A stretch of DNA of 64,000 nt. Source: Escherichia coli. GTDB lineage: Bacteria > Pseudomonadota > Gammaproteobacteria > Enterobacterales > Enterobacteriaceae. The notes under the pieces are model-generated. The model did no database searches. It had not been told where the DNA came from and was given only the letters and a program-made list of their open reading frames with translations. Shown here piece after piece: positions 43,153 through 53,838 of this stretch; position 1 is the first letter of the stretch; each line of letters opens with the position of its first letter. Made by a program: the position numbers and the translations under genes. The DNA is taken from NCBI RefSeq assembly GCF_050920415.1, contig NZ_CP169309.1. One strand, written 5' to 3'.

Positions 43153-44169
43153 TTAATCATCCGGCGTCAGTTCGCCGCGCAGGTTTTGGCTCATGGCCTT
43201 GCGAATGGTTTCAGTATCCAGTTCCTGGCTAAGCAGGTAATGCAGTTTTGTTAGCGTAGCTTCTACTGTCATATCAGCTCCACCAATGACGCCGGCATGG
43301 GCGAGGGCGTTACCGGTGGCATAACCCCCCATGTTCACTTTACCGGACATACATTGTGTCAGGTTGACTACCACAATTCCGCGATCGCTGGCTTCTTGTA
43401 ATTCTTGCAGGAAGGCTTTGTTTTGTGGCGCATTACCCACGCCATATGAGCGCAGAATCAATGCTTTCACCGGTTGGCGCAGAAAATTGCGCACGACGTC
43501 AGCAGAAATCCCCGGATAAATCGTCACTACGCCAATTGGTTGTGGGGTGATTGGATGAACGATCAATTCCCCTTCACCGTGCGGGGCGGGGGGCGTATTC
43601 AAACGACGAATATGGATACCTGCTTCCAGTAACGGAGGAAGGTTTGGAGAGGCAAACGCATCAAAACCATCGGCATGGGCTTTGGTGGTACGGTTGCCAC
43701 GATAAAGTCGATTATTAAAAAAGAGAGTTACTTCGTTGATAGGATAATTCGCCGCAACGTACAACGCATTCAGCAGATTAATTTGTCCGTCAGAGCGTAA
43801 CTCAGCCAGCGGGATTTGTGACCCTGTCACAATGACCGGTTTACCGAGATTCTCGAGCATGAACGACAGCGCAGAGGCGGTATACGCCATCGTGTCGGTG
43901 CCGTGCAGAATGACAAAACCATCATAGTCGTCATAATGCGCTTTAATATCTTCAGCAATATGCTGCCAGTCTTCTGGCGTCATATCTGAAGAGTCCATCA
44001 GCGGCGTATATTCATGAATGGTGAAATCTGGCATCTCCGGGCGATGGAATTCCGGCATCAGCGCCAGTTGGCGTTGTAGATGACCTGACACCGGAATATA
44101 ACCCTGCTCGGAACGCTGCATCCCGATGGTCCCGCCCGTGTAGGCGACGTAAATTGATTTCTTTTGCAT
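43153..44169 (-). CDS. ansA: Cytoplasmic L-asparaginase I
   Basis: YTGGTIGM and HGTDTM motifs. 338 aa. Confidence 0.95.
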   Translation of the reverse strand: MQKKSIYVAYTGGTIGMQRSEQGYIPVSGHLQRQLALMPEFHRPEMPDFTIHEYTPLMDSSDMTPEDWQHIAEDIKAHYDDYDGFVILHGTDTMAYTASALSFMLENLGKPVIVTGSQIPLAELRSDGQINLLNALYVAANYPINEVTLFFNNRLYRGNRTTKAHADGFDAFASPNLPPLLEAGIHIRRLNTPPAPHGEGELIVHPITPQPIGVVTIYPGISADVVRNFLRQPVKALILRSYGVGNAPQNKAFLQELQEASDRGIVVVNLTQCMSGKVNMGGYATGNALAHAGVIGGADMTVEATLTKLHYLLSQELDTETIRKAMSQNLRGELTPDD

Positions 44170-44257
44170 GATATTGATATGAATGATATCGAAAGAGCAA
44201 AAGTATATACGTGAGGGGCAGCGAGCGCACCTGGATACTCTGTGGATATGAGAAAAG

Positions 44258-44291
44258 TCCGGCAGAACGGAGGGATTAGTGTCCCGCCGGA
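44258..44291 (-). terminator. Candidate terminator of the SIMPL-domain gene
   Basis: TCCGGC...GGGA-TTAGTG-TCCC-GCCGGA composite hairpin. On the minus strand it is followed by CTTTTCTC. Confidence 0.4.
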
Positions 44292-44300
44292 GAAAAGTGG

Positions 44301-45023
44301 TTAATCCTGCAACGCATAGGTTACGGTGGTGACTACGCGTACCGTTTTATTAATCGCCGTAGGATCATCTTCATCACTGCCACTGGCGAAGATCTGGAAC
44401 ACGCCTTGTGAGGCATCGCTAATTGACCCCACCTGGCTACCTGAGTCCGTTGCAAATTGTAATGCTGCGTTGCGTGCATCTTTGGTGGCGGCGGCAATCA
44501 TCTCAGCGCGCAGTGCGCCAATACCATTAAAGCGATAGGCGACTTTGCTCTCAGCGATAGCGCCCTCCGTAGCGACTTGCAGTTCGTTTAATTTCGCGAC
44601 GACTTTTTCGACAGCAGCAACATTATGGGTTTTTATCGTCACTGACCCGTCTGCGTTATAGCGTGGCATTGTGGGATCATCTTTCAGATAAAAGGAATCA
44701 GTTCGCTTGCTTGTCCATTGGCCCAGGGTTATCTCTTTCTCGTTAATCCCCTGAGCATTGAGTTCGGCAACAATTTTTTTCTGCGCGTCTTCCAGTTTCG
44801 GGAACAGTTCGCCGGGTATATTACCCTTAAAGTTAATCGCAATTGTTAATTCTGCCGTATCTGCGCGAACTTCTTTTTCAGAAAGCCCACGCACATTTAC
44901 ATAACGGTTATTGGTTTTTAAATGTTTAACACCATCGCCAACAAAATAACCACAGGCGCTAATCCCCAGTCCGAGGACGATAGCGGCAATTAAAGAGGGG
45001 GCCTTATTCACTGATGACTCCAT
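44301..45023 (-). CDS. SIMPL/DUF541-domain (YggE-like) probable lipoprotein, about 240 aa
   Basis: The ORF runs to 45113. Starting at M31 (MESSVNKAPSLIAAIVLGLGISAC) gives a signal peptide with an ISAC lipobox. The body resembles the YggE/SIMPL periplasmic family. No clear Shine-Dalgarno sequence at any candidate start. Confidence 0.7.
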   Translation of the reverse strand: MESSVNKAPSLIAAIVLGLGISACGYFVGDGVKHLKTNNRYVNVRGLSEKEVRADTAELTIAINFKGNIPGELFPKLEDAQKKIVAELNAQGINEKEITLGQWTSKRTDSFYLKDDPTMPRYNADGSVTIKTHNVAAVEKVVAKLNELQVATEGAIAESKVAYRFNGIGALRAEMIAAATKDARNAALQFATDSGSQVGSISDASQGVFQIFASGSDEDDPTAINKTVRVVTTVTYALQD

Positions 45024-45090
45024 ATCAGATGCTAAATGAGCAAGGGAATGTAGTGGAGAGAGGGAGTGAAAGACAGTCCGATTCAGGAGT

Positions 45091-45119
45091 GTGGCCGACA
45101 GCATATCGGCCACATTTTT
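45091..45119. terminator. Hairpin immediately downstream of sppA
   Basis: GTGGCCGA-CAGCATA-TCGGCCAC. The T5 run lies on the plus-strand side and an A5 run on the minus-strand side. The stem covers the first ATG of the 270-aa track ORF. Confidence 0.45.
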
Positions 45120-45126
45120 GCAGGAT

Positions 45127-46983
45127 TTAACGCACGTTGGCGCAGGTCAGGCAAAACGCATAACGGTTTTGTGGGTCGTTAAACGCTGCCAGCTTGTCGC
45201 TTTCACTTTTAACGGTAGAGGCTACCGAGGCCAGCGGTGCAGGTAACATGGCCTGGAACGCATCTGGCAACATTGCCCGGACAGAACCAGACATATTGTC
45301 CATCACTTTGTCGAAGAAGGTCGGTTCATCAACGTAGTATTCCAGATGCCACTGTTTCACTTTTGCCAGCTCTGCTGCTTTGGCAACCGCATCATCGAAA
45401 TCCCCGAGACTATCGACCAGCCCGTTAGCTTTTGCATCCTGACCGGTCCAGACGTGGCCCTGGGCGATTTTATCAATCTGCTCCGGCGTCGAATGACGCG
45501 CATCAGCAACCAGCGTGATAAAGCGTTTATAGCCATTCTCAATGCTTAACTGCATCATCTGCTGCGCTTCCGGCGGCAGTGCCTTGGTGATAGAAACATC
45601 CGCCAGCGGTGAAGTTGAGACGCCATCGGTATGAACACCAATCGAATCCAAACTATTTTCTACGGTAGTGACCACGCCGAAGATACCGATAGAACCGGTC
45701 AGGGTGCTGGGGTTAGCCACAATGTAATTAGCTGGCGTGGAAATCCAGTAACCACCAGATGCCGCCATGCCGCCCATCGATACAACCACAGGCTTACCCG
45801 CTGCCCTGGCAGCTGCCAGTTCAGCGCGAATCACTTCAGAGGCGGTAACGCTGCCGCCAGGGCTATTAACACGCAGAACAATCGCTTTCACTTTCGGGTC
45901 AAGGCGAGCGTCGCGGATTTGTGCCGCAGTGGTATCACCGCCAACATTCCCCTGAGTTTCCTCGCCATCCATAATTGCGCCATTCGCGAAGACGACACCG
46001 ATGCTGTCACCGGTATCTGCCGGCGTTTTCAATGCGTAATCGTAATAACTGATGGCGCGATAATTTTTATCAGTCTTACTCCAGCCGAACTCTTTGGTCA
46101 GAGCTTTTTCGATTTCGGCACTTGATGCCAGTGCATCGACCAGCTTGTTTTCCAGCGCATATTTCGCGGTATCGCCACCGGTTTTGGTTAAACCCTCAAG
46201 CAACCCTTGCGCACCAGGGAATACCTGCTGAGCAGGGATCTGCCGGTTAGCGGCAACAGTATTCAGATAGTTTTGCCACAGCTCACCGATCCAGCGGCTG
46301 TCAGCTTCGCGGGCTGCCGGTGACATATCATCACGAATAAACGGTTCAACGGCAGATTTATACGTACCCACGCGGAACACATGGGTGGAAACTTTCAGCT
46401 TATCCAGTAACGATTTGTAGTACAGACCGTTGGTAGCAAAACCGTGCAGATCCACCACGCCTTGTGGAGATAGCCAAATTTTGTTGGCGAAACTGGCGAG
46501 ATAATATTGCCCCTGGCTGTAGTTCTCGCCTATGGCATAAACTGGTTTCCCGCTGTCACGAAACTCTTTCAGGGCTTTGCCGATGTACTGCATAGACGGC
46601 TGGTCGCCGCCTGCGAAGTTTTTCAGATCCATCACGATACCGGTGATATTGCGGTCATCCTTCGCCTGGCGAATGGTGTTGACGATATCAAACAGTGAGT
46701 TTTCCTGCAGACGATCGGAACTGGCACCAAGGAGCTGGCGGCTTAGCTTACTAAACCGCTGAGAACTGTCGGGTTTATCGACGATTACACCAGATATGTC
46801 CAGCAGCAGCGCGCCACGACTGGCCGTTTCTTTCGAATCACCACCACTGACCTGCATCCAGATCCCCACACCAACCAGTACGAGAAAAATAAAGAACAGG
46901 TTAAGTACCATTTCACGGACGAAATTCAGCAGACGCCACGTCCATTTAAAAAATCCGGCAATAAATCGCCAAAGGGTTCGCAT
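45127..46983 (-). CDS. sppA: Signal peptide peptidase A (protease IV), 618 aa
   Basis: Tandem S49 peptidase domains. Start trimmed to [14 protein letters not shown]. Confidence 0.95.
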
Positions 46984-47143
46984 GTATTCTCCCAAATTAA
47001 GGTCACACCTGTCACAGGCGCAATAGATGTGGTTATCGTAATGACCCAACCGGCACTTGTCAGCAGGAATTGCGGACTGTGCTGTAACAAAATCCACTCT
47101 CGTGTTAATTTTGTGAATAAATATCATGACAGGAGTTAATCAA

Positions 47144-47695
47144 ATGGATGCACTCGAACTATTGATCAATCGCCGTAGCGCCTCCCGCCTGGCTGAACCT
47201 GCGCCAACGGGTGAACAACTGCAAAACATCCTGCGTGCGGGTATGCGTGCCCCGGACCATAAGTCCATGCAACCGTGGCATTTTTTTGTGATTGAAGGGG
47301 AAGGACGCGAGCGTTTCAGCGCATTATTGGAACAGGGGGCGATTGCTGCCGGTAGTGATGACAAAGCTATCGACAAAGCGCGTAATGCGCCGTTCCGCGC
47401 ACCGCTCATCATAACGGTGGTGGCAAAATGCGAAGAAAATCATAAAGTCCCGCGCTGGGAACAGGAAATGTCTGCGGGATGTGCGGTCATGGCGATGCAA
47501 ATGGCAGCAGTTGCCCAGGGGTTTGGCGGCATCTGGCGCAGTGGCGCATTAACTGAAAGTCCGGTAGTGCGTGAAGCATTCGGTTGCCGTGAGCAGGATA
47601 AAATTGTCGGTTTTCTCTACCTTGGTACGCCGCAGTTGAAAGCATCTACATCGATAAACGTTCCGGACCCGACGCCGTTTGTGACTTATTTCTGA
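47144..47695 (+). CDS. ydjA: Minimal nitroreductase-family flavoprotein YdjA (183 aa)
   Basis: Start trimmed to [12 protein letters not shown]. Nitroreductase fold motifs present. Confidence 0.92.
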   Translation: MDALELLINRRSASRLAEPAPTGEQLQNILRAGMRAPDHKSMQPWHFFVIEGEGRERFSALLEQGAIAAGSDDKAIDKARNAPFRAPLIITVVAKCEENHKVPRWEQEMSAGCAVMAMQMAAVAQGFGGIWRSGALTESPVVREAFGCREQDKIVGFLYLGTPQLKASTSINVPDPTPFVTYF

Positions 47696-47811
47696 TAATT
47701 GTCGCGAAACTGTCTGGATTGTGAGCAAAGGCGCAGGAATTCAGACACTCTCACTTATCACTTCATGGAATGAGGGTTACCATACCCGGATTGCATTGAC
47801 AGGAGATGTCC

Positions 47812-48855
47812 ATGAGCGAGAACTCGATTCGTTTGACCCAATACAGCCACGGTGCAGGTTGCGGCTGTAAAATTTCCCCAAAAGTGTTGGAAACCATCCT
47901 GCACAGTGAGCAGGCGAAGTTTGTTGATCCGAATTTGCTTGTGGGTAATGAAACCCGCGACGATGCGGCGGTGTACGATCTGGGCAATGGCACCAGCGTT
48001 ATCAGTACCACCGACTTCTTTATGCCGATCGTTGATAATCCTTTCGATTTTGGCCGCATTGCGGCGACTAACGCCATCAGCGATATCTTCGCGATGGGTG
48101 GCAAACCGATTATGGCGATTGCGATCCTCGGCTGGCCTATTAACAAACTTTCCCCTGAAATTGCCCGCGAAGTAACCGAAGGTGGACGCTATGCATGCCG
48201 TCAGGCGGGTATTGCGCTGGCTGGCGGTCACTCCATCGATGCGCCGGAGCCGATTTTTGGTCTGGCGGTAACGGGGATCGTACCGACCGAGCGGGTGAAG
48301 AAAAACAGTACTGCACAAGCCGGATGCAAACTGTTCCTGACGAAACCGCTGGGAATTGGCGTTCTTACTACGGCTGAGAAAAAATCACTGCTGAAACCAG
48401 AACATCAGGGACTAGCGACGGAAGTGATGTGCCGGATGAACATCGCAGGCGCGTCCTTTGCCAACATCGAAGGCGTAAAAGCGATGACTGACGTGACTGG
48501 TTTTGGTCTGCTGGGGCATTTGAGCGAAATGTGTCAGGGTGCTGGTGTGCAGGCGCGAGTCGACTATGAAGCGATCCCGAAACTGCCAGGGGTTGAAGAG
48601 TACATTAAGTTGGGCGCAGTGCCTGGCGGCACCGAACGTAACTTTGCCAGCTATGGGCATCTGATGGGTGAAATGCCGCGTGAAGTGCGCGATCTGCTGT
48701 GCGATCCGCAAACTTCTGGCGGTCTGCTGCTGGCGGTCATGCCGGAAGCAGAAAATGAGGTCAAAGCTACAGCCGCCGAGTTTGGCATTGAACTGACGGC
48801 GATTGGCGAACTGGTGCCAGCGCGCGGCGGTCGTGCCATGGTTGAGATTCGTTAA
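47812..48855 (+). CDS. selD: Selenide, water dikinase (selenophosphate synthetase), 347 aa
   Basis: N-terminal HGAGCGCK motif (catalytic Cys and Lys). AIR-synthase-related fold. Confidence 0.95.
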
Positions 48856-48859
48856 GTCG

Positions 48860-50815
48860 ATGCGGTTGTTTATTGCCGAAAAACCGAGTCTGGCGCGCGC
48901 CATTGCTGATGTCCTGCCCAAACCGCACCGGAAAGGCGATGGCTTTATCGAGTGCGGTAATGGCCAGGTGGTGACCTGGTGTATCGGTCACCTGCTTGAG
49001 CAGGCGCAGCCAGACGCCTACGACAGTCGCTATGCGCGCTGGAACCTGGCCGATCTCCCCATTGTCCCGGAAAAGTGGCAATTACAGCCCCGACCCTCCG
49101 TGACTAAACAACTTAATGTCATCAAACGCTTTCTGCATGAAGCCAGCGAAATCGTTCACGCCGGTGACCCGGACCGTGAAGGGCAATTACTGGTAGATGA
49201 AGTGCTGGACTACCTGCAACTGGCACCGGAAAAGCGCCAGCAGGTGCAGCGTTGCTTGATCAACGACCTGAACCCGCAGGCGGTTGAACGGGCGATCGAT
49301 CGTCTTCGTTCCAATAGCGAGTTTGTACCGCTGTGCGTTTCCGCGCTGGCGCGAGCGCGTGCCGACTGGCTGTACGGCATCAATATGACCCGCGCGTACA
49401 CCATTCTCGGTCGTAATGCGGGTTATCAGGGCGTGCTTTCCGTGGGACGCGTGCAGACGCCCGTGCTCGGGCTGGTGGTGCGCCGCGATGAAGAGATTGA
49501 AAACTTCGTGGCGAAAGACTTCTTTGAAGTCAAAGCGCATATCGTGACACCTGCCGATGAGCGGTTTACCGCTATCTGGCAACCGAGCGAAGCGTGTGAA
49601 CCGTACCAGGATGAAGAAGGGCGCTTGTTACATCGTCCGCTGGCGGAGCATGTAGTTAACCGCATCAGCGGCCAACCGGCTATTGTCACCAGCTATAACG
49701 ATAAACGGGAATCAGAATCCGCACCGCTGCCGTTTTCGCTTTCGGCGTTGCAGATTGAAGCGGCTAAACGCTTTGGTCTGAGTGCGCAGAACGTGCTTGA
49801 TATCTGCCAGAAGTTGTACGAAACGCACAAGCTAATCACTTATCCGCGTTCCGATTGTCGCTATCTGCCAGAAGAGCATTTTGCCGGACGCCACGCAGTG
49901 ATGAATGCCATCAGCGTTCATGCACCGGGCTTGTTACCGCAGCCAGTGGTCGATCCAGATATACGCAACCGCTGCTGGGATGACAAAAAGGTCGATGCAC
50001 ACCACGCCATCATCCCGACCGCGAGGAGTTCTGCCATCAACCTGACGGAAAACGAGGCGAAGGTCTATAACCTGATTGCTCGTCAGTATTTGATGCAGTT
50101 CTGTCCGGACGCGGTGTTCCGCAAGTGTGTTATCGAACTGGACATTGCCAAAGGCAAATTTGTCGCTAAAGCCCGTTTTCTTGCTGAAGCAGGCTGGCGC
50201 ACACTGTTAGGCAGCAAAGAGCGCGATGAAGAAAACGACGGCACGCCGCTGCCTGTGGTGGCGAAAGGCGATGAGTTGCTGTGTGAAAAAGGTGAAGTGG
50301 TAGAGCGGCAAACCCAGCCGCCGCGCCATTTTACCGATGCAACACTGCTTTCGGCGATGACCGGGATCGCGCGCTTTGTTCAGGACAAAGATCTGAAAAA
50401 GATCCTTCGTGCCACCGATGGTCTGGGGACAGAAGCAACCCGTGCCGGGATTATTGAACTGTTGTTCAAGCGTGGCTTTCTGACCAAAAAAGGGCGCTAT
50501 ATCCACTCCACCGACGCCGGAAAAGCGTTATTCCATTCGCTGCCAGAAATGGCTACGCGACCGGACATGACCGCGCACTGGGAATCGGTGCTGACGCAAA
50601 TCAGCGAAAAGCAGTGTCGCTATCAGGACTTTATGCAACCGTTGGTGGGGACGCTGTATAAGTTGATTGATCAGGCCAAACGTACGCCGGTGCGGCAGTT
50701 TCGCGGCATAGTGGCTCCAGATGGAGGAGAAGGAAATAAAAAGACTTCACCCCGTAAGCGAGCAGCGAAAAAAAGCCCGCCAGCAGCAGAGGCGGGCAGT
50801 GGAGTGATAATGTAA
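48860..50815 (+). CDS. topB: DNA topoisomerase III
   Basis: Starts [10 protein letters not shown] (TOPRIM) 4 nt after the selD stop. 651 aa with a Lys/Arg-rich C-terminal tail. Confidence 0.95.
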   Translation: MRLFIAEKPSLARAIADVLPKPHRKGDGFIECGNGQVVTWCIGHLLEQAQPDAYDSRYARWNLADLPIVPEKWQLQPRPSVTKQLNVIKRFLHEASEIVHAGDPDREGQLLVDEVLDYLQLAPEKRQQVQRCLINDLNPQAVERAIDRLRSNSEFVPLCVSALARARADWLYGINMTRAYTILGRNAGYQGVLSVGRVQTPVLGLVVRRDEEIENFVAKDFFEVKAHIVTPADERFTAIWQPSEACEPYQDEEGRLLHRPLAEHVVNRISGQPAIVTSYNDKRESESAPLPFSLSALQIEAAKRFGLSAQNVLDICQKLYETHKLITYPRSDCRYLPEEHFAGRHAVMNAISVHAPGLLPQPVVDPDIRNRCWDDKKVDAHHAIIPTARSSAINLTENEAKVYNLIARQYLMQFCPDAVFRKCVIELDIAKGKFVAKARFLAEAGWRTLLGSKERDEENDGTPLPVVAKGDELLCEKGEVVERQTQPPRHFTDATLLSAMTGIARFVQDKDLKKILRATDGLGTEATRAGIIELLFKRGFLTKKGRYIHSTDAGKALFHSLPEMATRPDMTAHWESVLTQISEKQCRYQDFMQPLVGTLYKLIDQAKRTPVRQFRGIVAPDGGEGNKKTSPRKRAAKKSPPAAEAGSGVIM

Positions 50816-50837
50816 TGCTCTGATGCAGTCAGTTTTC

Positions 50838-50872
50838 GTAGGCCAGATAAGGCGTTCACGCCGCATCTGGCA
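50838..50872. repeat. REP element between topB and gdhA
   Basis: GTAGGCCAGATAAGGCGTTCACGCCGCATCTGGCA closely fits the canonical E. coli REP consensus. Confidence 0.8.
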
Positions 50873-50898
50873 TAAACGCCTGAAACGGCGCTAATGAC

Positions 50899-52242
50899 TT
50901 AAATCACACCCTGCGCCAGCATCGCATCGGCAACCTTCACAAAACCGGCAATGTTCGCGCCCTGCACGTAGTTGGTTTGCTCACCTTCACCACCATGCTC
51001 AACACAGGCATGGTGGATATCCAGCATGATGTGATGCAAACGTGCGTCAACTTTCTCGGCTTTCCAGCCCAGGCGCGCAGCGTTTTGCGCCATTTCCAGG
51101 CCGGATGTAGCTACGCCACCAGCATTAGCCGCTTTACCCGGTGCAAACAGTACGCCTGCCTGCTGGAACAGTTCAGTCGCTTCGATGGTGGTCGGCATAT
51201 TTGCCCCTTCGGCGACGGCTTTAACGCCATTGGCGATAAGCTGATGCGCGGCGTCTACATCCAGTTCGTTCTGGGTGGCGCAAGGCAGGGCGATATCAAC
51301 CGGTACAGACCACGGCTGTTGGCCTTCGAGATAGACCAGGCCAAATTTTTTGGCGTAATCTGCCACTCGACCATCGCGGCTGGCTTTGATTTCGATAAGA
51401 CGTGCCAGTTTCTCTTTAGTGAATCCGCTTTCATCAACGACAGTGCCACTGGAGTCTGACGCAGTAATCACACGGGCACCAAATTCCATCGCTTTTTCGA
51501 TAGCGTACTGAGCGACGTTGCCGGAGCCAGAAACGGAAACGCGCATCCCTTCAAAACCCATACCGTGGCGTTTTAGCATTGCCTCGGTGAAATAAACCAG
51601 ACCGTAGCCGGTTGCTTCCGGGCGAATAAGACTGCCGCCAAAAGAAAGCCCCTTACCGGTGAAGACGCAGGCGGTATTGTTGGAGAGCTTTTTCATCATC
51701 CCCGCCATAAAGCCGACTTCACGACCACCAACGCCGATATCACCTGCCGGAACGTCGGTATCTGCGCCCAGGTGGCGATACAGTTCAGTCATTAGCGCCT
51801 GGCAGAACCGCATCACTTCGCCTTCGCTTTTCCCTTTCGGGTCGAAATCGCTGCCGCCTTTACCACCGCCCATCGGCAGAGTTGTCAGGGCATTTTTGAA
51901 GGTTTGTTCAAAGCCGAGGAATTTGAGAATGGAGAGATTTACCGATGGATGGAAGCGCATACCACCTTTGTACGGGCCGATGGCGGAGCTGAACTGCACG
52001 CGCCATGCACGGTTGACCTGTACCTGGTTGCGATCGTCAACCCATACCACGCGAAACTGGATCACGCGCTCCGGTTCAACCAGACGCTCCAGTAATGACA
52101 TCTGACGATATTTTGGATTTTGTTCAAGAAAAGGCCAGAGTGTGGTCATTACTTCACGAACGGCTTGCGCGAACTCGGTTTGATTCGGGTCGCGCTTTTG
52201 GACATGGTTGAGGAATGACTCCAGAGAATATGTCTGATCCAT
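50899..52242 (-). CDS. gdhA: NADP-specific glutamate dehydrogenase
   Basis: LPMGGGKGGSDFDPKGKS motif. 447 aa. Confidence 0.97.
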   Translation of the reverse strand: MDQTYSLESFLNHVQKRDPNQTEFAQAVREVMTTLWPFLEQNPKYRQMSLLERLVEPERVIQFRVVWVDDRNQVQVNRAWRVQFSSAIGPYKGGMRFHPSVNLSILKFLGFEQTFKNALTTLPMGGGKGGSDFDPKGKSEGEVMRFCQALMTELYRHLGADTDVPAGDIGVGGREVGFMAGMMKKLSNNTACVFTGKGLSFGGSLIRPEATGYGLVYFTEAMLKRHGMGFEGMRVSVSGSGNVAQYAIEKAMEFGARVITASDSSGTVVDESGFTKEKLARLIEIKASRDGRVADYAKKFGLVYLEGQQPWSVPVDIALPCATQNELDVDAAHQLIANGVKAVAEGANMPTTIEATELFQQAGVLFAPGKAANAGGVATSGLEMAQNAARLGWKAEKVDARLHHIMLDIHHACVEHGGEGEQTNYVQGANIAGFVKVADAMLAQGVI

Positions 52243-52477
52243 AGATATAAAACCCTTATATATTAATACGATTATGCTTATGTTGTTTATGTCATGTGCT
52301 TTTGCAGTTTTCGACTATACCATCAAGAATGTGACGGTAAGCAAGAAAAAAATGACTCACGAAAGCAAATTAATAACGGGAGAAATCTCATAACCAAAAG
52401 CGATAACTCAGACGCTAAAGTTTTGCCGCCAGGCTACCGTTATCAGTAGCAGAGACAAAAACGTTAAGGAGTTCCCT

Positions 52478-52750
52478 GTGAGTCGAGCATTGTTCGCCCT
52501 AGCATTGGCATTTCCATTCATTGCACTGGCTAACCCGCATTATCGTCCGGACGTGGAGGTAAACGTACCGCCTGAAGTATTCAGTTCAGGCGGGCAGTCA
52601 GCGCAGCCCTGTACTCAGTGCTGCGTCTATCAGGATCAAAACTATTCTGAAGGGGCGGTAATTAAAGCCGAAGGAATACTGCTGCAATGCCAGCGGGATG
52701 ACAAAACTCTTAGCACTAATCCGCTGGTCTGGCGGCGCGTAAAGCCATAA
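52478..52750 (+). CDS. ynjH: DUF1496 secreted small protein YnjH
   Basis: GTG start. Signal peptide MSRALFALALAFPFIALA. 90 aa. Confidence 0.85.
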   Translation: MSRALFALALAFPFIALANPHYRPDVEVNVPPEVFSSGGQSAQPCTQCCVYQDQNYSEGAVIKAEGILLQCQRDDKTLSTNPLVWRRVKP

Positions 52751-53123
52751 ACGCCTCTAATAGTGGAATGTCAGCAGGGGCCAGCGGATATTGCAGCGCC
52801 TCTTCAGGTGAGCACCAGACCAGCGCCTGATGTTCATGTGCCTGTAACGTCCCGTGGAAGTCGGGTACGTGCCAGGCATGAAGATGGATAATCCGCCCCG
52901 ACACTTCTCGCTGATGGCTGGCAACATACTCACCCACAGTTGCTTCGATGCCCAATTCTTCGCGTAACTCACGCACCAGCGCCTGCCGCTGGCTTTCATC
53001 CGGCTCGACTTTACCACCGGCAAACTCCCATAATCCCGCCTGATCGCTATGGGCGGGGCGTTGAGCGAGTAAAATTTTGCCATCACGTTCGATGATGGCG
53101 GCAACAACTTCAATCATATTCAT
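52716..53123 (-). CDS. nudG: Nudix CTP/5-methyl-dCTP pyrophosphohydrolase NudG
   Basis: Nudix box GGKVEPDESQRQALVRELREELGI. 135 aa. Confidence 0.93.
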   Translation of the reverse strand: MNMIEVVAAIIERDGKILLAQRPAHSDQAGLWEFAGGKVEPDESQRQALVRELREELGIEATVGEYVASHQREVSGRIIHLHAWHVPDFHGTLQAHEHQALVWCSPEEALQYPLAPADIPLLEAFMALRAARPAD

Positions 53124-53209
53124 AAATTACACACGGGCAGATAAGCGAAAAATGCCATAATATCCGCACTGTTGCTCAATCAGAAAGGCTTTATATTTAA
53201 GGAGTGCCT

Positions 53210-53830
53210 GTGTTAGACCGCCATCTTCATCCCCGAATTAAACCTTTGTTGCATCAGTGTGTGAAGGTTCTGGATAAACCTGGTATCACGCCAGATGGTT
53301 TAACGTTAGTGGGGTTTGCTATCGGCGTGTTGGCATTGCCGTTTCTGGCACTGAGCTGGTATCTGGCGGCGCTGATTGCCATTTTACTAAACAGATTGCT
53401 TGATGGTCTGGACGGCGCGCTGGCACGGCGTCGAGGCCTCACCGACGCAGGCGGCTTTCTCGATATCTCGTTGGATTTCCTTTTTTACGCGCTGGTGCCT
53501 TTTGGGTTTATCCTCGCCGCACCGGAGCAAAACGCGCTGGCAGGCGGCTGGCTGCTGTTTGCGTTTATCGGCACGGGCAGCAGTTTTCTCGCTTTTGCTG
53601 CGCTGGCGGCGAAACATCAGATTGATAATCCCGGTTATGCGCATAAATCGTTTTATTATCTGGGCGGGTTAACCGAAGGCAGCGAGACGATTTTGCTGTT
53701 TGTTCTGAGTTGTCTCTTGCCGGCTTATTTTCCGTGGTTTGCGTGGATATTTGGCGCGCTGTGCTGGATGACGACCTTTACGCGGGTGTGGAGTGGATAT
53801 CTGACGCTGAAGTCGCTCCAGCGTCAGTAG
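53210..53830 (+). CDS. ynjF: CDP-alcohol phosphatidyltransferase-family membrane protein YnjF (206 aa)
   Basis: Signature DGLDGALARRRGLTDAGGFLDISLD, i.e. D-G-x2-A-R-x8-G-x3-D-x3-D. The second GTG is chosen as the start. Confidence 0.88.
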   Translation: MLDRHLHPRIKPLLHQCVKVLDKPGITPDGLTLVGFAIGVLALPFLALSWYLAALIAILLNRLLDGLDGALARRRGLTDAGGFLDISLDFLFYALVPFGFILAAPEQNALAGGWLLFAFIGTGSSFLAFAALAAKHQIDNPGYAHKSFYYLGGLTEGSETILLFVLSCLLPAYFPWFAWIFGALCWMTTFTRVWSGYLTLKSLQRQ

Positions 53831-53838
53831 TTGCAATG

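Noticed and set aside
47758-48318. 186-aa minus-strand ORF, and the 169-aa ORF at 48412-48921
   Set aside because: Both are antisense to selD and the topB 5' end. Both are Arg-rich translations, which is typical of the reverse frame of GC-rich coding DNA.
50690-50815. The TopB C-terminal tail (…[34 protein letters not shown]; 651 aa) seems to differ from the 653-aa K-12 tail I remember
   Set aside because: My recollection of the K-12 tail is not reliable enough. Basic low-complexity tails vary between strains without obvious consequence. It needs an alignment, not a claim.
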